From positions 157,326 to 190,889 of the forward strand of contig NMRA01000079.1 in NCBI GenBank assembly GCA_002633005.1: a stretch of DNA of 33,564 nucleotides. Reading direction: 5' to 3'. A program made the translations under genes and the position numbers. A model generated the notes under the pieces. The model did not search any database, was not told where the DNA came from, and worked only from the letters and a program-made list of their open reading frames with translations. Source of the DNA: Phoronis australis (Eukaryota > Animalia > Phoronida). Numbering within the stretch: the stretch's first letter is position 1; every line of letters starts with the position of its first letter. Positions 1 to 11,774 of this stretch are shown in pieces.

Positions 1-140
1 CCCACCTACATACATACCCTCACCCCTCTGCTCACCTACATACATACCCTCACCCCTCTACTCACCTACATACATACCCTCACTCCTCTACCCACCAACA
101 TACATACCCTCACCCCTCTGCCCACCAACATACATACCCT
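1..140. repeat. 30-bp minisatellite (CCCACCAACATACATACCCTCACCCCTCTG-like), at least 4.6 copies, continues off the left edge
   Basis: A 30-bp period is directly visible. The last partial unit overlaps the splice donor of the 138-270 exon. Confidence 0.95.
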
Positions 141-270
141 CCAGCTTGGCTTTCTCCTCGCTCTGTTTAGCCAACTGATCCCTTAACTCAAACAACTTCA
201 GCGTAGAGTCCTGTCTGCTTTCTGCCAGCTGACAGTTGATGCGTTTCACCTTCTTTTTATACTTGGATTT
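138..270 (-). CDS. CCDC192-like coiled-coil protein, internal exon (KSKYKKKVKRINCQLAESRQDSTLKLFELRDQLAKQSEEKAKLE)
   Basis: Minus-strand acceptor ttgttcacag at 271-280 and donor G|gtatgt at 137-132. The 133 nt are open and in phase with the 1297-1491 exon. Resembles the recalled CCDC192 segment KLKHEKKVKKLQTDLA...LEL. Confidence 0.8.
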
Positions 271-1296
271 CTGTGAACAAAAATTGAATTCTGAAATGCT
301 TAATCCCAGAGTAAATATAAGTGTCCATAATCACAAACAAACTCACCAGATAGCGGGTAGTCATGTGTGCAGTACCTGAACTCTGCTCATAGTTCCAAAT
401 GTTTGATATCCAGCCACAATCAGTTAAGATTTATCAAGGAGCCTATGCGTATATAACTAGGCATTTTAAAGCAAAACCTTAACAGTGTTTTTGAGACATC
501 ACATAAAATTTTCCTTTAAAAAAGTTTTAGTAAAATCGGCTGAGAGGTTATTTTGCTATGAAGCACCTTTCTTGCACATGAAAATTTGACTGCATATCCC
601 TAAGTCATATCTTCGCTTAATTCAGACAAAATGCACAGCATGGTCAACCTACCAAGAAAGTCAGATTCCGCCTTACTCAGAAAAAAATCTTTCAGTCTGG
701 CTGAATCTGACTTATGTCAGTTTTATTATTGTGTGCTAGTCAATTGACATTCACTTGCATCTCATTAGCCTTACAACTGACTGCACTCAAAATGGATGAT
801 GGCTGAATTCCCATATCCCGCACTCCCACTCTTCTCGACCGTGAGGAAAGATTAAATTGATTGTACAGCGGTGGCACTGTGTGCACAATAGGCACATTTT
901 CACAGTGCCGTCTGGAAAGGTGAAATGTGGCATTCTGCATCCATGGATACTCATCCAGTTTATCCCACTTTTTTTTAATCGATAGCCCACCGCACAGTAG
1001 TAATACTTTCTCGGTATGACTTAACTATGATATAAAATATAAAGTATTCAGAATAACATTAGAATCTCCATAAGAGCGAAAGCGAGGCTGCTGACCTGTC
1101 TGCCATTTCTGGAGATGAGCCGCTATTTCATACCTCACGGCATGGGAGAGCGATCAATGCAGAAGGTTCCTATTAAGTCATATTAGATTTTTTCAGCTAT
1201 TCAATAAATTTTGCTTAAAATTGGAAGTTGGCACCACATTTTCTACATTTGGATAAAAACCTGTATCTGTGCATGAACTCTCCTAAATATTCGTAC

Positions 1297-1491
1297 CAGT
1301 GCATTTATTTCATCCTCGACTTCCTTTGTCCTCAGTTGCAGTTTCTCAATCACCCTGTCCTTCAGTTTCAGGCTCTCTATTGGCTCATTGCCTTGTGTAA
1401 CAAGGTTCTGTTGATTCATGTAGTCTAGCTTCTCTTCCAAACTTTGAATCTGTTCCTTCAGGTCAACATTGGCACTCTCCAGCTCACACAT
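1297..1491 (-). CDS. CCDC192-like coiled-coil protein, internal exon (MCELESANVDLKEQIQSLEEKLD...LKDRVIEKLQLRTKEVEDEINAL)
   Basis: Acceptor tttgtag| before 1491 and donor CTG|gtacga; 195 nt, phase 0-0, heptad pattern. LEEKL...KD..I.KLQ matches the recalled human CCDC192 (LEEKLEAV...VKDQCIQKLQ). The family call is from memory and has not been searched. Confidence 0.8.
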
Positions 1492-2712
1492 CTACAAAGC
1501 GACCAAACAGTAATGTGACCTTCAGGTCCACAGGGACACATTTCAATGGAGACATCCACAGTGGAGAAAAACAGAGTCAGGAGACCTTCACGTCACCATA
1601 GGCTCTCACCTGCTCAAATATGTTTCATGGGAACAAAAAATACCTTCACTTCAACATTGGAACTCCTCACATAACAAAACGATTATGGCTCTTATAATAT
1701 GCAACACAAAAAATCACAATTCAAAAATTTTGGAAACTCTCACATGAAATTTTCTTCCAATGATTATGTTGCATAGCCTGTTAGCTTTTACCGAGGAATA
1801 CTGACGGTCTGGTTGAAGTGAAAATTGATTTTGTGGACAACATACTCCTTAGCCCTAAATCATAAGCCAGACAACTTAAGACGCTGCCATGTTTGCTTAA
1901 GGAGTGATTCTTGACAGTCACCCTAATTAAACCACAAATTCTATCTGTCTAGAACTGTCACATCCACTTCGAAAGGCATTCAATGTCACTAAGGTCTTCA
2001 AACACTGTTGTCATTTGCTCTACGGTGCTGAAGTAAATGTTATTCCCCAGCAGGAGACAGATGGCTAGCCAAAGTCAGTAAATAATACCTATTGAGCTTT
2101 TCCAGGCGATTTGAATTGTGATTTTTTACATCAAGTGTTCCAACAGGGTGAACTGTAATTATCAACATCTACCCTGATTATACATACTTTAGACCACAGG
2201 GTTCATAACTTTTGTGATCAGGGCTGAGAGATTCAACAGAAGATCATGGAAGGATGTAATAAAATCCACATTGTTTCAGGTGCTGTGTCCTTGTTCTTTT
2301 AACAATTCTGATTGGTTCAAACTGCTTGGAATTGAAACTAGAGATTGTGGGATTGAAACTAGAGATTGGACAAGTATTCAAAAAGTTTTGATTTTGGTTC
2401 GCAAACAAGTTGAGGCTATTGTCACTTGACTGGCAATTTTAGAATTTTCTGGGGGACACCGAGATTTTTCTGCGATTAACGATGATTAATTGTTTCCGTG
2501 ATTATTGTTGGAGAATGCAAAGACATATAGCTTCGTGGATTTCTTGTACCCAGATAATAGATAATTCATCTCTTGTACACCATTTCAAAATTTAGTTAAC
2601 AGTTTTAATCATCTTTTTCACCAAATTCAGATCCAGCAACTTTATGCTCCAGTGATTAAACACAACATTAACCTTAACTAGACCTATGACCCGACCCCAT
2701 CAGCACCCTCAC

Positions 2713-2817
2713 CTGTTTCTCCAACTCTCTAGTTTCATGTTCCGCTACAGTTGACTTCTGTGTGGCCTCGCTGAGAGATGACTGACAGGCATCAAGTTTA
2801 GCTCTCAAGTCTGCCAA
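2713..2817 (-). CDS. CCDC192-like coiled-coil protein, internal exon (LADLRAKLDACQSSLSEATQKSTVAEHETRELEKQ)
   Basis: Acceptor ttttgcag| and donor CAG|gtgagg; 105 nt, phase 0-0, open, coiled-coil composition. Confidence 0.8.
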
Positions 2818-3335
2818 CTGCAAAATATATGTACACAACATTCACACTATCAAAACTTCCCACTAAATATTAGACTAAACTGCTCACGGCAACAAACAAT
2901 TGTGGTACTCCTTTTGATATCGGGGTGTCGTACATCATTAAACCAGGAAGAGAACATCTCCACTTGTTTAGTATGTCTGTCTGGATCAGTACAAGTACTA
3001 ATAAAGTTTCAGTTTAGACTACGTCGCGTCTACGTTTCTACTGATTACATGGCAACTGGAAATAGATGGAGCTAACTACCAATCTGCCAGGTTGTTTCAT
3101 AGCTTCAGTTTAGAAACCCCTTAGAAACAATGTCTTTGCAGCAAATGCCTCACGCAGATACTTTTGCCAATTAGTGATGGGATGATGATGCCCATTTTTA
3201 GGAATTCGATTCTTTCTTGGAAGTTTGATTATTCTTTATTTCATTTTCATTTATATGTCAATTTAATTCATTCTTTCTCAAATATAAGTAGTTGACTAAA
3301 TGATAAGATTCCAACTTTCAATGAATGACCCTTAC

Positions 3336-3361
3336 CAGTTTGTTCAATATCTCAACAATCC
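3336..3361 (-). CDS. Probable 26-nt micro-exon of the CCDC192-like gene (xIVEILNKL)
   Basis: Acceptor tatgtag| and strong donor CTG|gtaagg. It ends in phase 0, matching the 2713-2817 exon. The upstream partner exon was not resolved. Confidence 0.5.
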
Positions 3362-3879
3362 CTACATATAAAACAAATAAGTCATAACTCTGTTAAACAC
3401 TTAATGGAAAAATTGCAAATGTTAAGAATCAAATAGAAATTAGCCTTGATGTATCGGTAACAAAATCGGTCACTTCGCCGTCACAATTCGATTACAGTTC
3501 AAACCATTGCTGCATTCTCATTGCTAATTCAGTTTTTACAGATATCAAGAAATTTAAATGTGTTAATTACACGTGTCTGTTATAGTTCACTGATTATCCA
3601 TAAATGCCCCGTGTATTAACTCTAGTCTTCACGTACGCTCTCATTACAACTGCCAATGGAAAGTCTACGTGTTAACTAGGAAATTGCAATCACTATTTCA
3701 ACAGGATTTTCAACATTTACCACCTGTGCTCAGGTAAGACAAAAAGGAGTCTTGCGAATGTTTTTACTTGGTGAAATAAATTTCGCCAAGTATGTTGGTC
3801 TTCCATCAAGTTTTTTTTTTGTTTGTTCGCACGATACAGGTCGCAATTTTCGTTCGATCATCGCGAAATTTACACATAA

Positions 3880-4350
3880 CATGTAGTTCTGGAAGTACTG
3901 GAAGCCTATTGTTTTTCGTCACAATCGGATCCAAGATGGCGGCTGTGGTGGCCATTTTGTTTTCATTTAAAGGTTCAAATGCTTCTGGAGGCTACAATTT
4001 TTTACGTACAAGGCTAAGAATCGGCACAGTAAATGGACCGGAAGTTTTCTACAAGTATACCGGAAAGTGTTTACTTCCGGTTAAAGATGGCGGAAATATC
4101 GGCGATCGCGCACCTCAATTTTGGCCTAAAAATGTTTTCTCCTGTAGAGGGCGCATTATACGGCCAATTCCTTCGAATTTTTACAGGTATTAGTTTCTTA
4201 TGACATGCTATTATACAGAGCCAAAAAACCAGAAGTTGCTTTCAAGATGGCGGATCTGGTGCATGTTGACCCATTTTCAGTCGTGCTGGAGTGCGATTTT
4301 AAACGGGAAGAGAAAGACCTGATTTTCTGCATGTGGATTCTTTGAGGTAT
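3880..4350. promoter_or_regulatory. CpG-rich cluster of YY1-like (AAGATGGCGG x3) and ETS-like (CCGGAAG x3) motifs; promoter region of the minus gene and/or a repeat remnant
   Basis: AAGATGGCGG near 3933, 4084 and 4244; CCGGAA(A)G or CTTCCGG near 4038, 4060 and 4074. Lies just upstream of the CCDC192-like exons. Confidence 0.3.
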
Positions 4351-6476
4351 ACTTTTTCAAATGACCTCTAACAATTTTTTCTTCAGACTTACCGTTTTCG
4401 TGTTATTTGACTTTGAAATTCTTAAGAAAATGCAAAATTTCATTTTTTACGAAAATTTACGGAATTAAGCGATACCATCAATTTAGATAGAGTTTTGAAC
4501 GGGCTTTCAGAAGGTGTTTTTCATTTTTCGCTAGGACGTCTACTTTTTGAATTATTCAAGATTTTCTGATAGCGCTGTTCCTTTGTTTAGCGCTCTTGCT
4601 GCATTGATGTTGGTTTAGTTTCTATTGGGCAAGAGCGTAGCCTATTTCTTGCTGATTTATGACATCTAAGTACTTCATATGAATTTTATGATGTTGTCAT
4701 CATATTCGTTATCAACGCCACCATCTCATAGTCGTCCTCTTCGTCGTCATCTCTATCGTTGTCTTTTCTGTTAATTTCCCCAAGTGTCGCTCCTCGGAGC
4801 GCTTTCATTAAAATTTTTTACCGCTACGTCAGATAAAAATAACTAAACTGGTTCTAGGCAGTGGGATTTTGAAATTTGATGCAATAAAGAAGTATTTTCA
4901 ACCTTCCATATTTTGAAAAAAGGAAAAAATCCCGACACCATCTGAAATGACTTGTAGGGTTGGGACATTTTTTTACCCAGCATTCCCTGATAGTCCGCTG
5001 AAAGACCTATGTTTCTGGCGCAGACAAGGGTTATGTTATTTATGGCCTGACTGTGATTAAAGTAACAAACGATTAATTACCTCACGCTCCGTTGATTCTT
5101 TAGTCTTCTTCTTAACACTGCTACTTGGCCTATAAACAGGAAATATTTTGTCCTCAATTATGATCACAAGTTCACGTCTAAAAATATCATAGCCTTCAAA
5201 ATCACAGAAACTGGATTAAAAATGAAGAACAACGGGGTAACATTGGTGAGAAACAGAAAAATCTCACAAAGTAAGGATATCAAGAATTATGTATCGTAAA
5301 AAATCAGTCTCGTTGACCAAATGAGATGTTTTGAGAAATGACACCCTCACAACCATACCAGGAGGCAATAACATTGCCCTTAATGCCACAAGCATAAAGG
5401 GGTGATAGTGCAACCAAACAAAAAGTTACTCATCTCAAAATACAGTGAATAAAATCAAATGAAACATGCATATATGCACATGGAGTAAACACATACCATG
5501 ACTCTGGATACAATTTAGTCAACAGTTTGAACATATCCATGAAAATCTGTTGCGGTTCGCTCAAGCTTCCCTCACCAGGTGTCATTTTGAAGACGTTACG
5601 TGAAATCACGTCTGTTGAGGAACAAAAAATTCAAGGGACACGAATCTTACAAATTCCACCAGATGTCCTCCCACACTATTTTGCAAGTGTCACGCGCCAG
5701 GTCACGCACTTCACTCAGTCCCGCAATAGTCTTTCCCTAACTCGCTGGACTCAGTTGAAATATTTTGTGGTTATTACGCGCGCCGTGAAAAAGTAAACGT
5801 GGACTGAAAAAGTGGAGTTGTATTTCATCATCAAAATCATCTTTAGTTAATTTCCTGTAGATATGCTTCGTCAAAGACTGATGCAGAACTAGACAGGATC
5901 GCTGAATAAAGTAAGCGCTTTTTAAGTGATAATTTCAACTTTGTGACGATGTGAGTAGATTTCGCCTACTATCTGTTTAAAATACACGGGGTGAATTTAG
6001 TACAGAAAGTGATGGGGAGTACTGTAGTGGCTGTAACTCACTGGTTCCCTGCGTGCCGCTAGGTGGTCAGTAGCCAGCATGCAGATATCACTTAATTTTC
6101 CTTGGGAAATTTTTTTACACTGGCGTTTCTGATTGACTAGTTGAATTCTCAACAGGGAGCGCTTTACGCAAATAATCTGGCATCATAGATACTCAATAGT
6201 CTATGCTGGCACAACTGATGGACTGAAGTGTAAATGAGGTCTGTTGTACAGACAAATCGGCGCCTAAAATTTATGTTCAGGAAAAGTGAATCCTAGAAAT
6301 TGTGGTTGCGCCTTTTCGGAATGCATCTTTATACTGCCGATGACTTTTGTTTACGATACTATCCTGTATCCATACAGTGTGAATAACACACTGGTTAAAT
6401 CGGCCAGATATATGTTTATTGTACATGTATGTGCTTCAAGCGCACCGCTATTAAACATCACTGCAGAAACGAAATA

Positions 6477-7526
6477 CTCTGGAGTTCCGAATAGTTGTAG
6501 AGACAGCAATAATAGTATAGACTGGAAAATTTCACGATTTTTTAATAATAGTAGAGACTCTAATAATAGTATAGACCCAACATTTTTGCCAATAGAAAAG
6601 TAGAATAATAGTATAGACCAGAAATTGTCGGGAAAAATTAATAATAGTATAGAATGGAATAATGGTATAGACGGCAAATTTGTGGAAATTTAAACATAGT
6701 ATAGACTCGAATAATAATATTGATTACAAATTTAGGTAAAGTCTAATTATGATATAGAAGGGAATAATAGTGCAAAACAGCAAATTCTAGGGAATAATGG
6801 TATAGATGGGAAATTTGTGGAAAATTAAAAATACTACAGACTGGAATAATAACATTGATTACAAATTTGCATAAAATCTACTAACGGAAGATGCAAATAA
6901 TAGAAAGTGCAAAATCTAATAATGATGGGAATAGTAGTGCAAAGAAGCAAATTCTCGCCTATTTCTTTGAGCAACTGCCAACCAGCCATTAATATTGAGA
7001 AAGTGGTCATTGTTTCAAGCTTTTTAAAATTTTGCCAACACTTTCTTAATTCTGACCGATCCCATCGAACCCGTCCAAAATAACATTCTGGCCCTCCAAC
7101 AGACGGCCGCTGCATAAACCCTTGCTTGGGAGTCCGATTATTTTACGCTTTGAAACATACAGTTGTATATTTTAGGAAATAAACTCCTTTAATGTGTATG
7201 ACATGTGACTTCCGTGTGTAACACGTAGTCGTATAGCTCTTCTAAATTACAAACTCTGAACTGAGAGTCTTGTGGTCTGGAGGTTTAGAGCGAGTTAACT
7301 TCGTCTTATGACCAAGGTACGATACCCAGTATCAGCAGCAAAGTTTTTGTGTAACAATTTTTTATTGCATGAAACAAAAATTGTAAACTTGCTGAATCAA
7401 ATAATCATTGAGAGCGGAAAAGGTTAGTAAATTAATAAACATAGAGACCCAAATAAGCGTCGTATAGACCGGAAAACGAGTCTGAAATAAATAATCGTAT
7501 AGATATGGCTATTCAGAACTCGAGAG
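6477..7526. mobile_element. Non-autonomous TIR DNA transposon (about 1.05 kb, TA target duplication, Tc1/mariner-pogo-like) with internal AATAATAGTATAGAC repeats
   Basis: TACTCTGGAGTTCCGAATAG (6475-6494) and CTATTCAGAACTCGAGAGTA (7509-7528) form an 18/20 inverted repeat with TA at both ends. About 10 degenerate AATAATAGTATAGAC motifs lie at 6508-6950. Confidence 0.75.
7261..7336 (+). pseudogene. Degenerate tRNA-like / tRNA-SINE head nested in the TA-flanked element
   Basis: A-box-like TGGTCTGGAGG (7273-7283) and B-box-like GGTACGATACC (7316-7326) at tRNA spacing. The cloverleaf is broken. Confidence 0.4.
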
Positions 7527-8289
7527 TAGTTGCTGCGACGCCACATGCATGACAAGGTTAGTTCACATTCCGCCATTTTTTCAAGGTGTTGTAAAACTAA
7601 CCAATGACTGCTGAGGTTACGTCAACGACTGCTAAAGCGCGTGCCACTGCGTGATATCTGCGTGCTGGCTAGGCACGTAGGGGACAAGCGAGGTGGCTGT
7701 AGCCCCTATCCAGCCAACCGAGGGGCTACAGGTTGCCTACCGTCCCTACCGAGTACCATACGAGAAGCCTTTAAAAATGAAAAAGTGAAAGTTGCTGTAA
7801 TTAGTGTCCTCTTATTATTGAGAAGCTTGTACTCAACTCTAAACTGATGTTAGAGTTTACAACAACAATAACGTCAAAGTCAAGAGAGCAAAGCCAAAGG
7901 CGTCGAGTTATTTCTGACTCCTGTACCTTTCAATCCTGTCATACTTTTCACTTGTCTGGTCAATCTGTATATTTTTAACATTCGAGCTTGCGCCAGATCC
8001 CATTTTTAATACACTGTAATGATTAGCCTTGTGCATCTAGAACTGTAGTTTAAGATTAATCGTTCAATTGTTCAATACTTCCAAACCCCATCGTGAAAGA
8101 AATCAGGAGGCAGCAGCCATGACAGTTTACCTATGACGTCATGGCAACACTGTTAATTATTTCGGGACAGATGTATTCTCAATTGTCTTCCATAGATGTC
8201 AAATGGTATCAATTTGACATCACTTTGTTTGAAAATAAATGGTTGTGTTCATAAATTACAAATAAATTTATTTTTGTGACACTTTGTCA

Positions 8290-8345
8290 GGCTCTGATTG
8301 GTCAACACATATTACGGGACCCCGGATGTCGGCCTTTCCGGTGAA
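8290..8345 (+). promoter_or_regulatory. KRTCAP2 proximal promoter: inverted CCAAT box and ETS-like sites
   Basis: CTGATTGG at 8294-8301, CCGGAT at 8322-8327 and TTCCGG at 8336-8341, just upstream of the ATG at 8361. A CRE (TGACGTCA) lies near 8134. Confidence 0.5.
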
Positions 8346-8360
8346 GCTCAAATTCTAAAC

Positions 8361-8364
8361 ATGG
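8361..8364 (+). CDS. KRTCAP2: KRTCAP2 exon 1 (ATG G)
   Basis: aaacATGG|gtacgt; supplies the phase-1 G needed by exon 2 (G|CC = Ala). Confidence 0.7.
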
Positions 8365-8854
8365 GTACGTGTACACAGTTTGTAAGTTATTGCTGAGGCT
8401 TCTGCTAATTAACTAACCAGTACTAAAGCAAATGTGCTTTCGAAATAAACATTTCTTATTCGATGTATTCAATCAATACCTATGGCAAAATGTTGTGCTA
8501 TTAGCATTTATCCGATGCCGGTCTAACCACCCAGCTAGACAGTGACCACCGCACCACCACACCAGGCACCACCGTTTCGAGTATAGACGGTATAGCTCCT
8601 ATACTAGTACCCTCTTTCACAGTGCTACGAAAGGTACCACTGTCGTATGTTGTTCAACGTAGCTTTCATTGGTTAAAGTAATGAAACTGACATCATAACA
8701 TTCCGTCATTCCCAGTGTTCTTAAAGGCACCTCTAGACTTCTTGTTAGCGAGCTTGATGCAACTACAGCACCTTTAAGTAGCCCTCGACCATGTACTTTA
8801 TTTAGTGTATAGTTGAGGGCTGATCAAAGGTGCCTGTGATGCAACAAAGTCTAG

Positions 8855-9532
8855 TTCATCAAAATAATTACGTGCACATTATTTCTTTGGCTCACTAGTA
8901 TATATAGTCTTCATGAGTGGAGGGTTTAGTTTCTACTTTAAGATGGTTTATGTTCATGATGTCCAGTCCCGGCGGCCGTGACAGGCCTGATCGGGTTCCG
9001 AGGCACTGGCTGGGATAACAAGCATTTTGTGTGTTTAGAACTGAAAAAAATCGCAAGTCTCAACGTAAAACACACAGCTATCTTTCATGTCTGTATTTCA
9101 CGGCAGAATGATTCGAATTTATCACCAAACAGATCTAAACTCACGCGATCATCCATGATAAATTGGCCTACCGAACATAGGAGTCTACACTCCCTGACCT
9201 AACTCTGTAGGCTACGGTACGTTCAAATACCTATAAATCCGAAACAGTGAAATAAAACAACACGTTTGTTCAAGAACTCGATGTATTTGTAAGGGTTTTA
9301 CATCGAAATTTGATGATTTATTGGTGTAAAACAATGCATTCAAGCGATAAGTTGAGAACAGTATGCGTGTTGTGAATGACTGAACAGACTGCGTTCAAAT
9401 CGATTACGTCATTGGTTAATTTCAACACCTCTGTCTGCCGTCAGGTGTCAGGTAAAACACTTGCTGTTATCGAGTGGAACTACTTGATCTAAATTGATAC
9501 AAAATAGGTTGTTTTTTGGGTGGCATTCTCCT
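8855..9532 (-). mobile_element. Kolobok-like (TTAA-target) non-autonomous DNA transposon fragment in KRTCAP2 intron 1
   Basis: Diverged inverted copy of 23362-23980 over about 650 bp. It ends ...GGGTGGCATTCTCCT|ttga, the complement of ttaa|AGGAGAATGCCACCC. Confidence 0.7.
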
Positions 9533-9730
9533 TTGACGTCATTAAAATATACATCTTCCTTTAGTAAAGCCTATACGGTGAAATAGGTTTTGTATGCTAA
9601 CGAGAGGTCTGTGGCCAGGTAATTATTTCTGAAGTGGTCAGTAACTTACAGCGCTGCGTAAATCTGGCCTAATTATTATTACTGTCTTTAATTTTCATTT
9701 GTCTTTTAATTTTATTTAACTGGGTGCTGA

Positions 9731-9825
9731 ATGTCATAATGATGTCATAATGATGTCATAATGATGTCATAATGATGTCATAATGATGTCATAATGACGT
9801 CATAATGATGTCATAATGATGTCAT
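9731..9825. repeat. 11-bp tandem repeat (ATGTCATAATG) x8.6
   Basis: Directly visible. One unit is the variant ACGTCATAATG. The array ends about 16 nt before the exon 2 acceptor AG. Confidence 0.95.
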
Positions 9826-9843
9826 TCCTTTTTGTCACTTTAG

Positions 9844-9998
9844 CCGTCAGCAGCAGTGTATCATTCCTTCTCTCTACAACATTCAGTGTACTTGTGTTTG
9901 GTGGTATGCAGCTCTATAAGCAACAACTGGCCTCCAAGGAATGGTTAACTATAGTCGGTGGATTCATTGGCTCTATTCTCTTCATTTTCGCTCTCACG
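9844..9998 (+). CDS. KRTCAP2: KRTCAP2 exon 2 (AVSSSVSFLLSTTFSVLVFGGMQLYKQQLASKEWLTIVGGFIGSILFIFALT)
   Basis: Acceptor tttag| and donor ACG|gtacgt. Matches the KCP2 motif FAGMQ.Y..QLAS.EWLTI.GG..GS.LF.F.LT. Confidence 0.95.
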
Positions 9999-10299
9999 GT
10001 ACGTACAAAGTAAATTGCTCTACAATTCATTCGTCAAAGTCAAAAGTCAATTCGCGGAAATATTAAAGAATGCACTTTTTTGCTGTTCTTAATTTTAAAA
10101 TAGAGCGACTCATTGTACTGTGATGTTCAGCTACTGCTAAGACTTGGAAAGGTTTTTTTGACTTTTGATCATCCGTCATCAACTCATTCCACTACACATT
10201 AAAAAGATATGGCTAAAGGTCAGAAATGGGTTGAGAGTCCACAGGTTAGATTTTGGGTGCTAGTTTTAGGAGTAACAACTGTTTAACACCTGAATATAT

Positions 10300-10813
10300 C
10301 AGGGCTTGGAATTTTCCGCGGAAACGCGGATTTCCGCTTTTTTCAAATGTTCTGTCCGCGCATTTTATTATATTTCTGCGTAAAAGAAAACGGATTTGAT
10401 ATTAAATTTCCGCGGCAAATTCATTTCTTACCGCGGCGTTGCCGACGATGTTCACCTCGAAAAGCGGAAGTTGCTCTTTATGTTTCAGAGGAACGTAAAT
10501 TGTCAACATTGCCGGGGCATCTGGGATAGCGTGGTGGAATTTTCAATGGCGTCTCGTGTGATTGTAAACCGCGGTGACAAATACTACGGCTCTGCAGCCA
10601 AAAACGTGTGGGGGTGTCAGTTGAGGAGTGGATGGACGAGATAAAAAGACGCAGACGCACGCTACTGATGGTTTTTTTTTTTAAATTTTTTTTTAGTCCT
10701 ACCGATTTTTGTCGGCGGAATGTTCAGATTCGACTATTTCAAGGCTGGGTAGCGCGCATGATTTGGGCCGTAAAAGTTTCCGCGTTTTTTGTCATTGGTC
10801 ATTCCAAGCCCTG
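10300..10813. mobile_element. 514-bp MITE with perfect 13-bp TIRs CAGGGCTTGGAAT (hAT-like ends) in KRTCAP2 intron 2
   Basis: CAGGGCTTGGAAT at 10300-10312 and ATTCCAAGCCCTG at 10801-10813; ATATAT on both flanks; internal (T)TCCGCG/CGCGGA subterminal motifs. Confidence 0.85.
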
Positions 10814-11774
10814 ATATATGCCAGAGTGACAGACAGTGATGCCATTTGTTTGCAAAAGAAAGCATTCTTTTGAATAGTGCTCCAACATTGGAAATGAAAA
10901 TTTCAAGTGCGAGATTGGAAGAAGCTCAGCAGTTTAGTTTGTAAGTAAATAGACGTACACGGAGCTTTCTCGAAGTAGCCTTGTTCAAAATAAGTAGGCC
11001 AGAATTAAACTTTGTTTTTCCAAATTATTTTTGACATGCGAAATTAGGTTATTGTACGTAATAAGTTGAGAATCACCATAGTCGTTCTATGGGAATAACA
11101 ATGGTGTAGTTCCACGGCCATGAATGCTGTGAGTGCTGTCTAGATGTTTTGATTTTATCACATCATTTAAAACAGGGTAGGGAAATCCGAGGGCTCTGCT
11201 GCGTTGCGCTACATGATCTTGGATGCATGAACATTGCAATGAAAATAATACTTTGTCATTAATTGTTTAACTTGCTGAAATTTTGAATCAATCCACTTAC
11301 CTTGCTAAAACTGGTGTCTAATTGTGCGGCATAGTTGGGATGCACAAAACTGGGATTAATTATCCACTTCTCTTGGTTTAGAATCCATGTCAATGCTGAC
11401 CAATGTTCAACAAAATCTCAACAGGTGTCACCCCTTGCACTTGATGTGATGAGCCAGTGGACAATCTCTTCTTACGCTAAAAAAAATGTTAAAATATTCA
11501 ATTTGGAACATGAATAATTGTTAAAATCATCGTTCTTGTAATTTTGTAAGGTTCACTGTATTTTTGCAAATAGTCCAAATTTTAGCGAATACCTTGTGTG
11601 ACATATTCACAATATTTACCAACATAGTAAACCTTTCTTATGGCTTGGTTTTGTCAAGAAATTAGTCAAATGTCGTGCGCCGCCGTCTTAGGATTCACAC
11701 TGAACAATTGTAATCTCTTGTTGCTGGTCTTGCAGTGTACTGTATTGTAAAAGTTTCGATTTCTGAATTTTCAG

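Noticed and set aside
347-375. Possible extra exon of the minus gene (strong CTG|gtgagt donor)
   Set aside because: No polypyrimidine tract, an in-frame stop, and the flanking exons already join in phase.
6286-6950. ORFs 6286-6603 and 6351-6677, and a CRISPR-like appearance of spaced AATAATAGTATAGAC repeats
   Set aside because: The repeats are degenerate and irregularly spaced inside a TIR element; the context is eukaryotic and no cas genes are present.
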